Origin: Perkinsus chesapeaki ATCC PRA-425
Lineage: Eukaryota; Protista; Perkinsozoa
Reading direction: 5' to 3'
Length of the DNA stretch: 64,000 nucleotides
NCBI GenBank assembly: GCA_013115145.1
Contig: JAAPAO010000130.1
Location: 1 to 64,000 of the forward strand
Below the pieces are notes generated by a model. The model saw only the letters and a program-made list of their open reading frames with translations. It made no database searches and was not told where the DNA came from. Below, in pieces: positions 1-13,414 of the stretch (position 1 is the first letter of the stretch; every line of letters begins with the position of its first letter). The position numbers and the translations under genes were made by a program.

Positions 1-357
1 TAACTATAAAACAAGTCCCCTATGGGCTTGCACACGTTCGGACCGGAATGCGCACAGGTTGGGACCGCGCAGCACTTTGCAGCGCATTTACGCGAAAACC
101 CATAAATGCACTTCCTGGGGATAGAACTCATGCCTTTAGGAGTACAAACGTAACAACTAACCATTAAACTAAAAGTAATCTCCGCGGAACGGTTTGATAA
201 AACGCCCCACTGCGATGGAAAACGCATCCTTTTGCGTTGGTTTTGATGAACTTCGCTTGTGATTGAGCTTTGGAATCTTGGCGCTAGTTACATCAAGTGT
301 GGTATTCTGACACCTCTATCCACTTTTAATAGCATTTATCGTTACTTACCAAATACA

Positions 358-1737
358 ATGACATATCTTCAGAATATAGACTACACATGGAACGGTCAGC
401 CTAGAGACGATCTTCAGGCCAACCACAAGCCAGTTCAATTTCAGCTAGAATATGATAATGAGAAAGAAGAGCTTGTTATCAAGGTAAGATACTCTGAAGG
501 TTGATTGGTCGGCGCCTGTGTGAATAGCCGTATCCTTCATGGTACTAATTCCCTAGAGTAGGTGTTTGTGCTCTCACGATAGGAATTACTGGATTCGACG
601 TATTAATATATTCCTCTTTTAATAGTCATTATCGTAGTAACGTATTCAGCTGTGTAATGATGTTCAGGTTCGAGCCCCATTTTTCAATGATTGTTCTATT
701 CCTCCATCTAAGGGTGAGACTGGCTACGGCACCTACGAGTTGTGGAATTATGAAGTTGCCGAATTGTTCATAGAGGGCAAAGATAATCACTACATTGAGG
801 TAAGAGGGCAGTGTCCTATTGAATACCAGTCAGCGTCAGTGTGATCTTTTGGGGCGCTTTTTCCTACAAAAAAGTTTCGTAATTATTGTCGTAGTTTTAG
901 TACATATCAATTATCGCTTGCAGAACATATAATCCACCAGTTCAATACGCTGTTGGATTGATATCCTCATAGAAAGATCTTTTGTGCATCTGTAAGATAT
1001 TTTGTCAGGTTGAACTCTCCCCCTATGGCAACTTCCTAATCCTGACCTTCTCGGCTCCGAGGAAGGCAACTGATGATGATGTCAGTTTACAAAATCCACC
1101 GTCAACCGATATCATTGGTAAGTCTCTTTTTAAAGTGTTTTCTGTTCATGTCGTGCATTTCAGATGGTCACTGGATATCTACATTGCGGCTGCCTAAGAG
1201 ACTTCTGCCGACTCCTTTGGAAGGCTCTGATCCTATGTTTAGATTTAACTGGTAACAATCATCTTCTTTTATACATTCAAAAAGCATCGGTTTGTACCTT
1301 TCCTGGACTGCTCATACTCAAAAGATATAATATAGATAATACCCTATACTTCTACTTATAGCTTATGAGATACTTAACTTATATGTCTTAACACATTCTT
1401 ACATCCATACACTAAAATTAAGTAGACTCAAGTTACTCGGACATCTTCGCTCTATCGTAGTTCATATCCCCGGCTCCACGACTGTTATTATTTTTCAGTC
1501 TGGGTTTTTATTGAATTTCATCCTTTTAGTTACCACATACACGGTGAAGGCAAAGATAGGAAGTATTACGCTGCATTTCCTGATACAAATACTGAAGATA
1601 AGGAGCCAGATTTCCATAGACTGCAATACTTCAAGGTAACCTTGTGAGAATCTTTAGAGTGCGCAGATGTATCTTTTCAGGCACTTCCTGATGATAGCGT
1701 TTTCGGCGCTGAAGGTGTGAAGCAATTGCGTGCTTAA
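358..1737 (+). CDS. UPF0462 / C4orf33-like protein (multi-exon)
   Basis: Spliced exons give MTYLQNIDYTWNGQP...IK|VRAPFFND...ELWNYEVAELFIEG...YIE|VELSPYGNFLIL...|...HIHGEGKDRKY...PDFHRLQYFK|ALPDDSVFGAEGVKQLRA*. These match the remembered C4orf33 motifs in order (HTWDG, SAPFF, ELWDYEVVE, EVELCPHG, IHG, PDFH). All junctions are GT-AG. Confidence 0.85.
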
Positions 1738-1905
1738 TTTCTTAACCAATTGTGATTCTTTTCAATGATATATTAATATTTAGTTAAGTATTTAATTAGT
1801 GGGGGGCAACGCTACATAACTCTTCTTGATTACTTCACTGAAGGTTGCCTCATCGCTCGATATCTCAAATTGAGATTGTGCCAAGAGCGTGTCGGTTTTA
1901 CGAAA

Positions 1906-2308
1906 GTGAACCTTTACCTATTACGTTAAGACCTTTTGCAGGTTAACCTTTACCTATTACGTTAAGACCTTTTGCAGGTTAACCTTTACCTATTACGTTA
2001 AGACCTTTTGCAGGTGAACCTTTACCTATTACGTTAAGACCTTTTGCAGGTTAACCTTTACCTATTACGTTAAGACCTTTTGCAGGTTAACCTTTACCTA
2101 TTACGTTAAGACCTTTTGCAGGTTAANNNNNNNNNNNNNNNNNNNNNNNNNNNNNNNNNNNNNNNNNNNNNNNNNNNNNNNNNNNNNNNNNNNNNNNNNN
2201 NNNNNNNNNNNNNNNNNNNNNNNNNTTAACCTTTACCTATTACGTTAAGACCTTTTGCAGGTTAACCTTTACCTATTACGTTAAGACCTTTTGCAGGTTA
2301 ACCTTTAC
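1906..2308 (+). repeat. 36-bp tandem array, unit GT(T/G)AACCTTTACCTATTACGTTAAGACCTTTTGCAG, interrupted by an assembly gap
   Basis: Six full units at 1906-2121, then the N gap, then about 2 more units plus a partial unit to 2308. Confidence 0.97.
2127..2225. other. Scaffold gap (about 100 N)
   Basis: Run of N flanked on both sides by the 36-bp array, so the true array length is unknown. Confidence 0.99.
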
Positions 2309-2559
2309 TCACTATGAAACCCACCCGTGCGTGCCGCGTGTGTAATTTTCAATGAGGACCATTGGGCGAGAAATTAGTACAAATTCAACCGAAGGAAGTT
2401 GGCCCCCTCGGGGGGTGGTAGAGCCGCGTTCTCCGCTGGCGTATAATCCCGAAGCAATGACGACCGCAAGTTGGAGAGGCTTCATATAACTGGCTTGGGT
2501 ATTGCGATTGTTAATGCCGCTCTCTCCGTACTCTTCAGTGAGAATCTGGGTCTTCTTTG

Positions 2560-3164
2560 CTAAGAGCCCTCCCCGAGTTTGACGAATGTTTGATTAGTTG
2601 TTTTCGGGAGCAGTGACCGACTCTCTTGGAATGACCAGCTGAGGTTCAGCTGCTGAAGGTGCCTGTAACAGGGACCCTGCTGCGTACCCTCGTAGCGGCG
2701 AACTCCGGAGGAGAATTCTGAAATGTGAAATTGTGAGGGATCTTTACTATTGACGGGCTGTTTTTGAGGCGTTCTGACACAATTGATAATGAGGGCTATA
2801 TTTGAAGTAAGTGCAACACAAAGACATTGTGGCGGCGGTTTCACATGAACATCACATGCTTGATAAGTATTATAGTTTACATAGCATTATATCCCTGTAC
2901 ATGCGCTCCATGAGCGAGGGCGATTTCCGCTAGGAATGCATTAATCATTATACCACCCAACTCTATTAGGCCAGACTTCCTCCTGCCTTCGAGCTGCATA
3001 TTGACGTTCGTATCTCCCAAAATAAGGAGGCAGATAGGTAGATGATTGCTTGGCGCAAGCTTAAACCTAGTAGGATCCAATTTCTCGAGGTTCTTTCTCA
3101 TATTTTCCTGGAACTCAACTAGCTTTTTCTCATCCGTAGGAGCCCTAAGATTGAAGACATACAC
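2560..3164 (-). CDS. Hypothetical protein exons (lineage-specific)
   Basis: Two protein-like minus-strand frames (YVFNLRAPTDEKKLVEFQENMRKNLEKLDP... and IINCVRTPQKQPVN...). No family recognised. Confidence 0.4.
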
Positions 3165-3318
3165 CTGCCATCGTCAGAAGTCAACCTGCTCTGAAAATGC
3201 GAAGCGATTGCGTGCTTTAATTTCTCAACCAGTTGTTATCATCTACAATTATACTGCATATTAGTCGCGGTGGAAAAGAAGGCATTGGGCTAGGCTAATG
3301 CCCGTAGACCGTATTTCA

Positions 3319-4301
3319 TCACCTTTCTCCATCCTTGCTAAACTCCACATTAATTTTAAGGTCATATTTGTCGCCGACAATCGTCAACTCAGTCGCCCTC
3401 TGTAGTCTAATTGTTCCTTTCGCTTTTCTTTCTTTTTGAGGCGTAAAGGTACAGTGAAGTCTGCGGTTAACCTCGTCCGACTTTTGGATTAACCGCCAGA
3501 CCTGATACAGTATACCAATAATATCATTACCACTGTCAGATTCAGATGCCCTACACCGGTACTGTATAGCGATGTTTCCGGCTCTGGTTTTTTGCCGTCG
3601 TAGAATTTGTAGATATAGTGACATAAATCTCGATTTAGGTTCCTAAACCGGCCCGTAGTATCCGGCAGCGTCATGCTCCAGTGTCTTCTGCCCCCTTCGT
3701 TTGTCGGATGAACCCTGTTGAAAGCGTCCAAATTTGGAAGCAAGTCAGATATGTGATTAAAAGCAGAATTGCAGACACCATCTCCGTCGTCGATGAGGTT
3801 AACATTCTGTATGATATGTTGACGAACATGGAATAAACCATCCTCATGTGAATCCGAGCTGAAAATGAATACTGTCTCATTCCTCACGGTTAGCCAAACT
3901 CAAAGTAAGAAATTAACGATCATTACTGGAATTATCATCACCCTATAGGGAGAACATTCCTTACCTCAATATCTCTGGTACATACTCCGCTGCCAAATGT
4001 TGGCCACCCTTCACTTTTGGGCAGACTAACTTATCGATTATTATTTTATTATCGTTGTTGACATGCATGAAGATCGCCATGCTATCATCTACCCTCAGTT
4101 CACATTGTCTCATCTTATCGAATCTCGAGCTTTCAATTATTTGGGCATCCTACAAATTCGTTATTCTCCGGGAATTGCATCTTATGTTGTGCTTACGTCA
4201 CGTGGTTGGGGTTTCATGGATTGGCGGTTAGCAGCTCCAAAAGCCCTTCCCTCGGCTGAGGGGAGACTCAATGGCAGCAGCACGAGAGTGAGGTAGCGCA
4301 T
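3319..4301 (-). CDS. Predicted secreted hypothetical protein (multi-exon)
   Basis: ATG at 4301 gives a signal-peptide-like MRYLTLVLLPLSLPSAEG followed by a GTAAGC donor. Later exons match ORFs 3489-3887 and 3319-3624. Confidence 0.5.
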
Positions 4302-4595
4302 TTGGTGGCAAAAATCTCCAAAAACTACATTTTACCGAGTTTGGCCTACTGTTGGATCGATCTTCAATGAGGGTGTCACCCACGACACCTAAAGGTAACT
4401 TACCTTATCAGGCATCATTAATGCTGATTGGCGCGTTACAGAGAATAATAGTACATCATAATAACTTATCTTTCCAAACTCGAGCGGATATTTGCGCACG
4501 CCACTAATTTCAATTGGGTGGGTAAAGCGTCTCTCCGGTGGATAGCTGCCAAGTCGCTAGTGTCCATATACTTGTGTGATTACCCAACGCCAAGT

Positions 4596-4780
4596 CAACA
4601 GTTTCAAGGAAACCACTCGGTAGGAACCTTCCGAGTGAGCGAATGCTCCTTTCAGGCCCTTCCTGATGATATCGTTCTCGGCGCTGAAAGTGTGTACCAA
4701 TTGCGTGCTTAGTTTCTCAACCAGTTGTTATTCTTTACAATTATATATCAGTATTTAGTTCAGTATTCAGTGAGTGGTTG
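4596..4780 (+). repeat. Duplicated last intron, last exon and 3' UTR of the C4orf33-like gene (a second partial copy lies at about 3192-3262)
   Basis: Exon 4656-4712 encodes ALPDDIVLGAESVYQLRA* against ALPDDSVFGAEGVKQLRA* at 1681-1737. Both are 57 nt, and the flanking intron and UTR align. Confidence 0.8.
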
Positions 4781-4984
4781 GTGGGCCAGATGGCGATATT
4801 AGTCCTTATTACTTCCTTCAGCAACAGGCAGGCAAGACAATCTGCTCACCTCAATCCAACGAGGTCCGCTGGAATTCAAAAGTGTATCATTCGACCACAG
4901 CAATTAAAGTTTACCGAACTCTCCACAATTTACTGATATCTGCCTTTGTCACTATTAGTGACTCACTAATCCGTTTAGTTCTAA

Positions 4985-6070
4985 ATGATGCGAAGATATG
5001 TCCATGCCCTCGGTCGCTCGTATTTCCATACAGTGGCTCAAGCAACTGTCCCGACATTATCCACTCGGTCTCTTGCAGTATCAATGAAGATAGTTGAAGA
5101 TGCTGTAAAGGATGGGTCGGTTGCCTTAACTATGCTGGTTAAAGGAAATGAGGAATTGGTAATCTGGGGGAGCGCGGATGGTCTAATCTTGACAGCATTA
5201 CGATACGGGATTAAGAAATATTGTTATTCAATCCGATACCTTCAATGGATGGGAAAAATGTAAATGACTGGGTATAGGAAGTACAGCAACACGCGGAATT
5301 TTAGGCAGATAGAGAATTGTGGTTTACTATTTAGATCGGAGAGCTGGAGAAGCCGGTGGTGGTTAGGATAGTCGATGAGGTTAGAAGTATGTGTGAAGCC
5401 GGCACAATACCAGCGCAGCAGTTGTCGGATATTTTTGGTGTATTGGCAAGAGAAAGGTAGTATTCGATTGGCTTGTACGCACAGAGGCATAGAGAGACGT
5501 CGAAGGTTCCCGATGATGAAAATGCTATTGATGTTCTTCGTGCTATAGGAGCAGGTGCTGTGTCAATTCTGCAAGTATTCTCTCACTGCGGGTGAATTCC
5601 GACCTCATGAAAGAAGTGCTTTCATAAGCAAGAATGTTTTCCTGTTTGGGAGCCAAGGGGAAATTCTGATAAAATTATGCCACCTATCTTCTTTCTATTA
5701 TTCCTTAGCCCAATGAAGTTCACTGTGAAGAGTTCAATAATGATATCTCGGAGGATTAGTCTGGCAACTAAGTCATAATATGACAGGAATGACAATTACG
5801 CATGCGCAAATTGTTAATGCGGCATTAATAGTGCCTGGCTACCGCAACAAGTTCTCTTTTGGAAATAGTTAGCATTCTGCTTTATACTTGGAACTGGAAC
5901 ATCTGCTTTCTGGCTACTTAGGCGAGAGTGCCTTCGGGTCTCTGAAGAGATGCTGGAAGACATATCATCTAGATTGATGGACTTAACCGACGAAGGACTG
6001 CGAGACATCTTTGCGGCTATGGTCTACGCCGGGGTAGTGCCTAGGGCGATTAGGAGACTAAACTGTAGTG
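4985..6070 (+). CDS. Hypothetical protein, possibly mitochondrion-targeted and helical-repeat
   Basis: N-terminus MMRRYVHALGRSYFHT is basic and lacks acidic residues. Later helical exons read IGELEKPVVVRIVDEVRSM and EEMLEDISSRLMDLTDEGLRDIFAAM. The 3' end is approximate. Confidence 0.4.
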
Positions 6071-7209
6071 TCCGGAATGGTATATAGTAGGCCACATGCC
6101 ACTATTAGTGGTCACTAGTATAGTAGTGGTATAGTTAGTATTACTAGCTCACACATACAACCAGTTACCGCACTCTAGGGCATCAGCGAGGAGTTCTTGA
6201 AACTTTATAATGTACCAAGACATGCACCGCATGGCAAACTTGAGATCTCTGAGCAGTTCGGTGCAGTTAGAGTAGAACTGATACACTTGAATGGCTTGCA
6301 GTGGCATTATTCCAACCTGCTCTGTCGCTTTCAGCAGGATAACTCATAAACCCTCCGGAGGCATGGGCCATGCCGCATGGCAATATGCAGTGACTTGACA
6401 ATCGGGAAGTGGTTCCGACTTAGGCACTTAGTGGTCACAGTAGACGGTATTATCGTGATGTGTTTCTACAAGAGGCTACAAAACGATTAAGCCAGATGGA
6501 CTTGCATTGCCAAATTCAAATTGCTCGACTCGCTGGTAAGCTACTATGAGGCCGCTAGACGCTAGATGTAATATGTCTTTTAGCATCCTTGGTTGGCCGA
6601 ATGAAGAAGGAACCGTCAGAAGGTAACGCAGCATGTGCGCTAGCGGGAAGAGTTAGCGCTACCTTTTTTGAAGAAGCAGGGCAAGGTCGGAGGTTCGCGG
6701 GGCTCAGTCCCACCATCTTGGTAATAGGCCTCGTTAAAGTTTAACCGTTGAACGTAGGTGCGAAGAAAGTTGTTTTTTAACCTCTAAGTTGTATTTCATC
6801 TAACTACCTTCATTTGAAGTAAAATCTACTTATTAACGGCGATTAGCCGTCGGCGAACGTAGTTTTTGTGCTACAGAATTCTCTGATGATACAGACTTCG
6901 GTGTCACCGCTTCCTGCTCCGCACTAGAACAGCTAACTTTGTCTGTTGAACACACTCGGCAGAAACAGACTCTGGACAGATTCTGGACGAAAATTTTGTC
7001 ACGAAACTACGCACCACTGGTACGGCATCAGTGGCACGCTGAGGCGGCGTTTCACTGGACTGGACTGCGCCTTCTAGGCTCCTGTGTATAGCAGTGGATT
7101 CCTTACTGCGAGCTGGGGCCCCTCTGACGTCTCTACGGCTGTGATCTCTCGCTCTACCGATAGACTCGGAGGATGCTCCGTACTAAGTGACGGAGCGTCA
7201 TGTCACAGT

Positions 7210-8100
7210 GGAAGTGTTCTGACTCAGAACTGAGTACTACTAAGTTCTGAGTTGATACTCAGAACTTCTGATTATCTACTCAGTAGATTCTACTGCCGGC
7301 ATATCGTTAATGATGATGGTATGAGCTACACTCAAAAAGGTTACTGCACATTGAAACTATAAAGAAGCTCTCTAAGAGAACACTAAGGCTTTGACAATCT
7401 GCAATGCTATCGACTTTACCTCGAGGAGCAGGGGCTTGTTTTCCGACAACATCCACTCTTGGACACAGAGTTTGGGTCCCTTGATGGTACAACTTGTATT
7501 GCTTTCGTGTCAATGGCCATGTTTTGTACAACTGCCAGTTGCCAACTGGGGAGGGGGGACATCAAGTTCATCCACTGTTGGGCGCACCGTGCACAGCTTA
7601 TTACCCGATCAGTGGCAAATAGGCATGTTATATCCATTAGAACATGGGATGGCTTATCGTTTGTCCTTCATGTACTGACGGATTCGCAAGAGGGATGGTA
7701 CCTTCGGATACCCTCTTCGAGCTCCGTAAGGGTACTCGTCGCATGACCATCGTGTTCATGCAAGCCTGCAAGCCCTTGCTAGCTTTGAGTATGCTCATCG
7801 GCGTTGAACAGACTTGCTTCTGAACATGTTCTCGACCCTCTGCGTCGTTGAAAACGACTTAGGTTACTGTGGGTTGCATGAGACGACCTCGGGAAAGAGG
7901 ACAGTGTATGTTGGGATCTCGCTCGCCAGTGTGTAATACCGTTTCAATGTGTAACGGTATTTATGTATCATAAGTGAATCTTGGAACAGTTTAGGAACTA
8001 TATCGGTTCGATATCTGTCTATCTGAGTGTATCTGACTATCTGAGTACGTTTTAGATCTGAGTATTATCTGCGAGTAATTGAATCTAAACGTTCCATTTG
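7210..8100 (+). mobile_element. Decayed hAT-superfamily DNA transposon fragment
   Basis: Frameshifted reading TKALTICNAID/YLEEQGL/SDNIHS...GSLDG...GDIKFIHCWAHRAQL resembles the hAT core (second catalytic Asp region, then CxxH at about 7573-7587). It is flanked by oppositely oriented short repeats: ACTCAG x3 at 7220-7290 and ATCTG(AGT) x6 at 8013-8071. No clean TIR or TSD. Confidence 0.6.
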
Positions 8101-8115
8101 TAGCGCTGAAGCGTA

Positions 8116-11100
8116 GTGATGGTCAATTTGAGTCAATTTGAGTTGCAAATTGTGGGAAATTTGCGGTTCTGTAGTCTATTCAGTAAAATTTTCGAACTCT
8201 CTTTGGAATTAGAGGATGACACTGCCCAATGGGATTGGAAAAAGGAGAATTTGGTGTTTCTCGATACTCTCCAAAGCGAGAAATCATTGCCCCTCTCGAC
8301 AACCATAGAGCTTGTAATTCAATGCCGCGGAAAGTTTCCTTTTGCCACTTTTATGCACGGCATATTGTTGTGTGAATGACCTTCCCAGATCACTCAGAGT
8401 TGCACGATGCAACTTGCATCAGGTAGGAATGTCTTCGTTCAGGTCCACGGTTGTCTGCTAGCTTCCTCATCCGCGGCTTCATGTGTCACACCGTTGACTA
8501 TCGAGACCAGGGGGAGAATGTTCCGAATGTTGAGAAGAGCGGTGAACCAAACTGAAGAGACGGACGATCTGGGTAAGATTACGACCCTCTGTGCTTTGGG
8601 GTTCATTCTAGTGTCCCGGAGGAATTCTGGATATTCCGATATACTTTACACCTCTTACGAATGTTGTCCGTTACGTGCAACACGTAATCATTTGCAGAGC
8701 TTCGTTGATACAGTAAACTCATTACTTGACAGGATCAAGTCGTAGAAGTTTAACTACAGGTCTGCCTGCGCCGATTCTTTTCTCGTTCATTGAAAAATTT
8801 CGGATCGAAATTAAAGTCGGTCTCTTCGTGGCAAAAGAACATAGCAGACCATTTTTCAGACAGAGAGATGGAGACCGGCGAAGCTAACGCTGTTGTGAGG
8901 GCGAGGCGTGATGAGGCGGCTTCCATCAGTGAGCTCAAGTTAGTTCCCGAGATACTCAAGCGTATCGGTAATTTTACGAATAGTAATCAAATCTGAAGAG
9001 TGTCAAATTTTAGATCACAAAGGCATCGAGAACCCTGCCAGCGAGCCTTGCAGTAAGACTTATTATCAATCATTGCACTTGCTCCTAGAGCGAGATTTGA
9101 AGCACGGCAGGGCCTCAGCTAGTGACCTACTCTTGTGGTGCCAAAAATCGCATGAGCTCTGGTTTGAGGAAACGTATGATAAGAAACTGGGTAGGTCGCT
9201 ATTTGCATTGAAGCCTTGTATCGGGCAAGGTGTCCGGAGATTGCTCTTCTACGGTCTCAAGCTTTTACTCTGTCGCTCCCAAAGATCGGCTTACTGAAGG
9301 TTCATAAACTTTTGATAGAGATGATATCATAATCTAGCATATTTAAAGATATGTTTTAGGATCCTATAGGCATTAACTTGTCGGGATTGACAACATCTAT
9401 GCATTGTATCGAGAGAAATACGGATTATACAACTTTTTCTCGCTTCCTGCCGAATACACTTCATCATTCGTGAAAACTACGTAGCATCGGTGCCAAATGG
9501 CAACCTCGTTCCTCAATACGTTCTCGTTGATTTCAGCTACTGGAATGTATGCATGTTATCGCCTCAGGCGACTCGCCTGCATACGGAAGTGCAACGTGAA
9601 TTAATAAACAGATGTTATAATTATTTCAGGGTCCATGGCGTTATTGTCCGGTCTACAAATAACGCTCGAAGCGGTGAAGTCGCTAATAGGCCAAATGCAT
9701 CCCAGGTAGCCCCTCGAGGCTCGTTTCGCATATGCGATCTTCTCAGGTCGTTCATAAACCTAGCCAGTGCGTTGGTGTCCCTCGAATCTAAGTTGAATAC
9801 AGCTGGGAGGTCTGATCGACGTGCGAAAGATGACACGGTTGAAACTAACGATGGGGAGTAAGCCCTAGATCTACCCCTGATACGTTATCTGAAGGATCGA
9901 ACAATCCGATTCGAACGTCTGACCCTTCCTCGAGAAATTGTCACAACTGGGTCGATCTCATTGAAATGAACTTACGGCAATTAAGAAATCCTAGAATTCA
10001 GCAGTGATTTGAAAGAGATTCCCGTTCTGATTCTTTTCAAATGCTTTGCGAGCGGCTATACTTATCAAATACAAAACTCTTTGGGGAAACACTCCGTAGA
10101 TAACGCGCTCATCGTTCGTCGAGTCGCCTCGGTATTTTTCATCCATGAACTCATCTTTCTCTGCCAGTTACATATATGTGCCTTTGAAGATTTGCGACAC
10201 CCTTCAGCTCATGCTCGACTTTGTCGAGGATACTATCCTTGAGGGAGACCCATCGGTAGGCTCACTGCCGGAGACTCCAGGCTGGAGTGTGTTAAGACTT
10301 GACGTTGTGTTACAGAATTGATGTTTATCAACTTAACTGTTAAGCCGACTATAGCTGTTGTGTGTCTGCTCCATGGAGCCGACTATTCAAATCCAATACC
10401 CGAGTACGGCACGCAAGTGTTTCAGAAACTTAGATCTATCCTGATATGGTCTCCATGACGCAATAGTGCCAGTACAAGTAGGCAAGTAGACAGTTATGTT
10501 GATACAGCTCAGTATCACGCCCTTTGTAGGCTATGGGAGAGCTTTACATTCTTATAGCAACTATTGAATGAATATTGTATAATTCAATTATAACTCTTGT
10601 AAAAGTGATAAACTTTATAGATGGTGCTTCCGTACGTTATTGCGTATTCTTTCTCTTTATTAGCCGAACAGAATCGGTATGTACTCAGGTCGGTTGCCTT
10701 TCTACTGCCACGGAGTTCATGTACACTATCATCCCAGTTCTTCATAAGATATCTTTGAAAGACTCAAGGTATCCTAGCTTGAAGCGCGCGTTTCAATTAT
10801 ACTTTTTTTAAGATACACTTCATGCGTGGAAAGATACCTCCGACCTCAGCTTACCACAATTCATCGAGATCTCAACAGCAACGCTTGGGGGACGGAGACT
10901 ACTATCTTGGACGGGCGGGAATCTCGTCACCTGGTGAGTCGGCTTGGCCCACTGGGCTGGGGTAAAAATCTTACCGTAACACCGACTGATCGCATTATAT
11001 GTCCCGAGCTTGGATTCGGAAATCGTACTGGGCTTTATTTATTTTCCATAGCTTACTGCTCAGTTGAATAGGATTCTGGAACTCGGCCACGGCGGCTTAG

Positions 11101-13177
11101 CCGCCTAAAGAAATAATTCTGAGCTCGAATATCGGTTAATTGCTCCACACGCCTATCGATGTTCTCCCTAATCTTGTCGAACTCTTACATACGGGTGAGA
11201 GCACTTTACTTCAGTCTGTGCTTCGCTCACTGCGGTGTGCCGGTATAGTATCATCATATGCTACAGCACTAAAGAAAAAGAAACAGCGTTGGCAGAACGA
11301 AAAAGGCAATGAGCACTTGGCTGAGGAGGAGAAGGACACCTTGGAGATGCTGAAGCGTCACGACGCTCTGGTACGCTTCGGATTGACGCGCCTCTGATAC
11401 GCTTTTGGTCTAGTTGCTGTCGTTGAATCGGCGAATACGGTCCACGGCGAGAGTTGAAGACTTTGACGATTTTACCCTCAGGGAAGCGGCGAATAACATC
11501 AGGCTGATGCACGCAAGTAAGGTATTCGACACACAGTTACCTATTATCCTCGGTATACTTGGATGGAAAACAATGAACTGGTACACTTTAATAGAGCTTC
11601 CGCCTCCAATTAGCTTCTCACGAACAATCAGCGTACAACGCGAAAAGGGATTCAAAGCCGCTCTAGCACACAAAGAGAAATCTCCTCTGTATGCATGCTC
11701 TTCGGAAAAGCCTTTTCCGGTCTGATCACCAGACTCTGTTGCTTTAGGAAACTTTGAGGCTCTGGAGTCAAGAAGGATTGTGCTCAGATACCTCGTCCGC
11801 CGTCAGCTCTTACTGCGAGCTCATCCTAGCTCGGCTGCAGCAACCGGGCCTGCCACGACCACATGTGAATACTTTAGTGTAAGGAATGCGACACTGGCAA
11901 TGTATAGCTATTAGGACAGGCACATCATAAAGGAGACCCATTCTGTGATAGTGTCAAAAGGAGTTAGCGCCGAGATGGCTAAAATGCTGGTGAGTTGTGC
12001 ATGCCTCGTTTGTTAGTACCCCTTTCATTCCGGAGCTTCACGCACTAATAATACTGCGATATGAACCTCAGCCGTTTGAATGATTCACCTGAATCTTGCA
12101 CTATCTCGGTTTACGGGCTGCGAAGTCGTAACACAATGATTGTGGATTGAACAATAGTAACTTTGTCATAGTTAACGAGATAGGACAGTTAAGAGAGTGA
12201 ATAATGTGTAGAATATCACAAGCAATCGAATCTAGTAATACGATGGTACGACAATTGTGTGATAGACAGGAATTTTGTAGGTCGTATAATTTAGTGCAAT
12301 CGTTAATCCAGTAAAATTCACTGAAGCATGTTCCTCAATATTTGAGCTGAGCTGTATAAACTGCCCTTGTACTCTTCCAAAGAGTCTCTTGAGAATATGG
12401 ACATACTGTATGGTTCTCTCCAGGTCCAGTGCGTTCTGCTCTGTCTCTCGTCGAACGCTCCCAACTCGCTGAGTCGAGACTGCCGTGCGAGGCTTGTGGA
12501 AGTGTGTTCGACTTTACTTGACGAGTTGCCTTATGGCTCTCCACTGCGATCTCAGGTGATCTTCCAGTCTGAAAGTTTGTATTCCGGAACTAACGATGAT
12601 TTGTCAGGTTGTTGCCTCCCTAACGCAGTTGGCCAAGGTCATGACCTACAAGGAGGGGACCTTTGTGGGAGCTAAGTAAGTTTGTGGGCAACCAAATCAT
12701 GATACGCGAAGTTAAGGCGCTCTCCGTGACTGCAGCGGTGAAGCTTTCCTGGTATAAAAGTTATTCCCCGCCTTGGCTGAGCAATAGTACTGGGACGAAG
12801 CTAACTGGTTTCTTCGGCATGCTTCTGTACGTTCTGTTCACCGCTTAGATATATAACGCACAGCCTCATGAGCGCCCTCCCAAGCGACGAGTCTGTGGAA
12901 GCTGCCCGGCGAGGAATGATGCGAGAAGACCCCCCGAAACATCGCTGACAGCACCAAACCTTCACCCACGTTTCTGATGGAAAATTCATGTTTCTGCATA
13001 ACCCAATCACCGTGTTGTCAATTCACAGGACCTCCCATTGCATGGAAGGCTCATGGTTCAGGCTCGGACACCAATAGGCGACCAAGGGCTTCACTTTCAA
13101 AACATTTACCTTCTACACGAGTGTGCCTCGCAATGACATTCGGACTGTTTCTCCGCCAAATCAGCTTAGTTAACTAA
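8116..13177 (+). CDS. Large multi-exon hypothetical protein (helical, family not recognised)
   Basis: A chain of more than 20 protein-like plus-strand segments bounded by GT/AG, including ORFs 8116, 8407, 8790, 9073, 9490, 11140, 11414 and 12367. Boundaries are approximate and this could be more than one gene. Confidence 0.45.
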
Positions 13178-13414
13178 GTGAGCAGGCGTTGTAGCGAAAG
13201 TGCTTTGAAAGCACTTAAGACTAACGAGTGAGAAAGCACTGCCTTCTTAGTCTGTTAGGATTGCCGTCGCGCATCCCAATCATATGCTGATCGGCTAGGC
13301 CTTAGCCCACTGAAACCTTAGGTGTGAATCATCGCCTCTCTTCAACACCACTATCCTAGGTGTACGACGGTACGTCCAGCCGGTCCTGGGTAGCTGCTAT
13401 GCCTGCAGGCCCAG

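Noticed and set aside
1906-2308. 36-bp repeats as a CRISPR array
   Set aside because: The units are head-to-tail with no spacers, there are no cas genes, and the context is eukaryotic.
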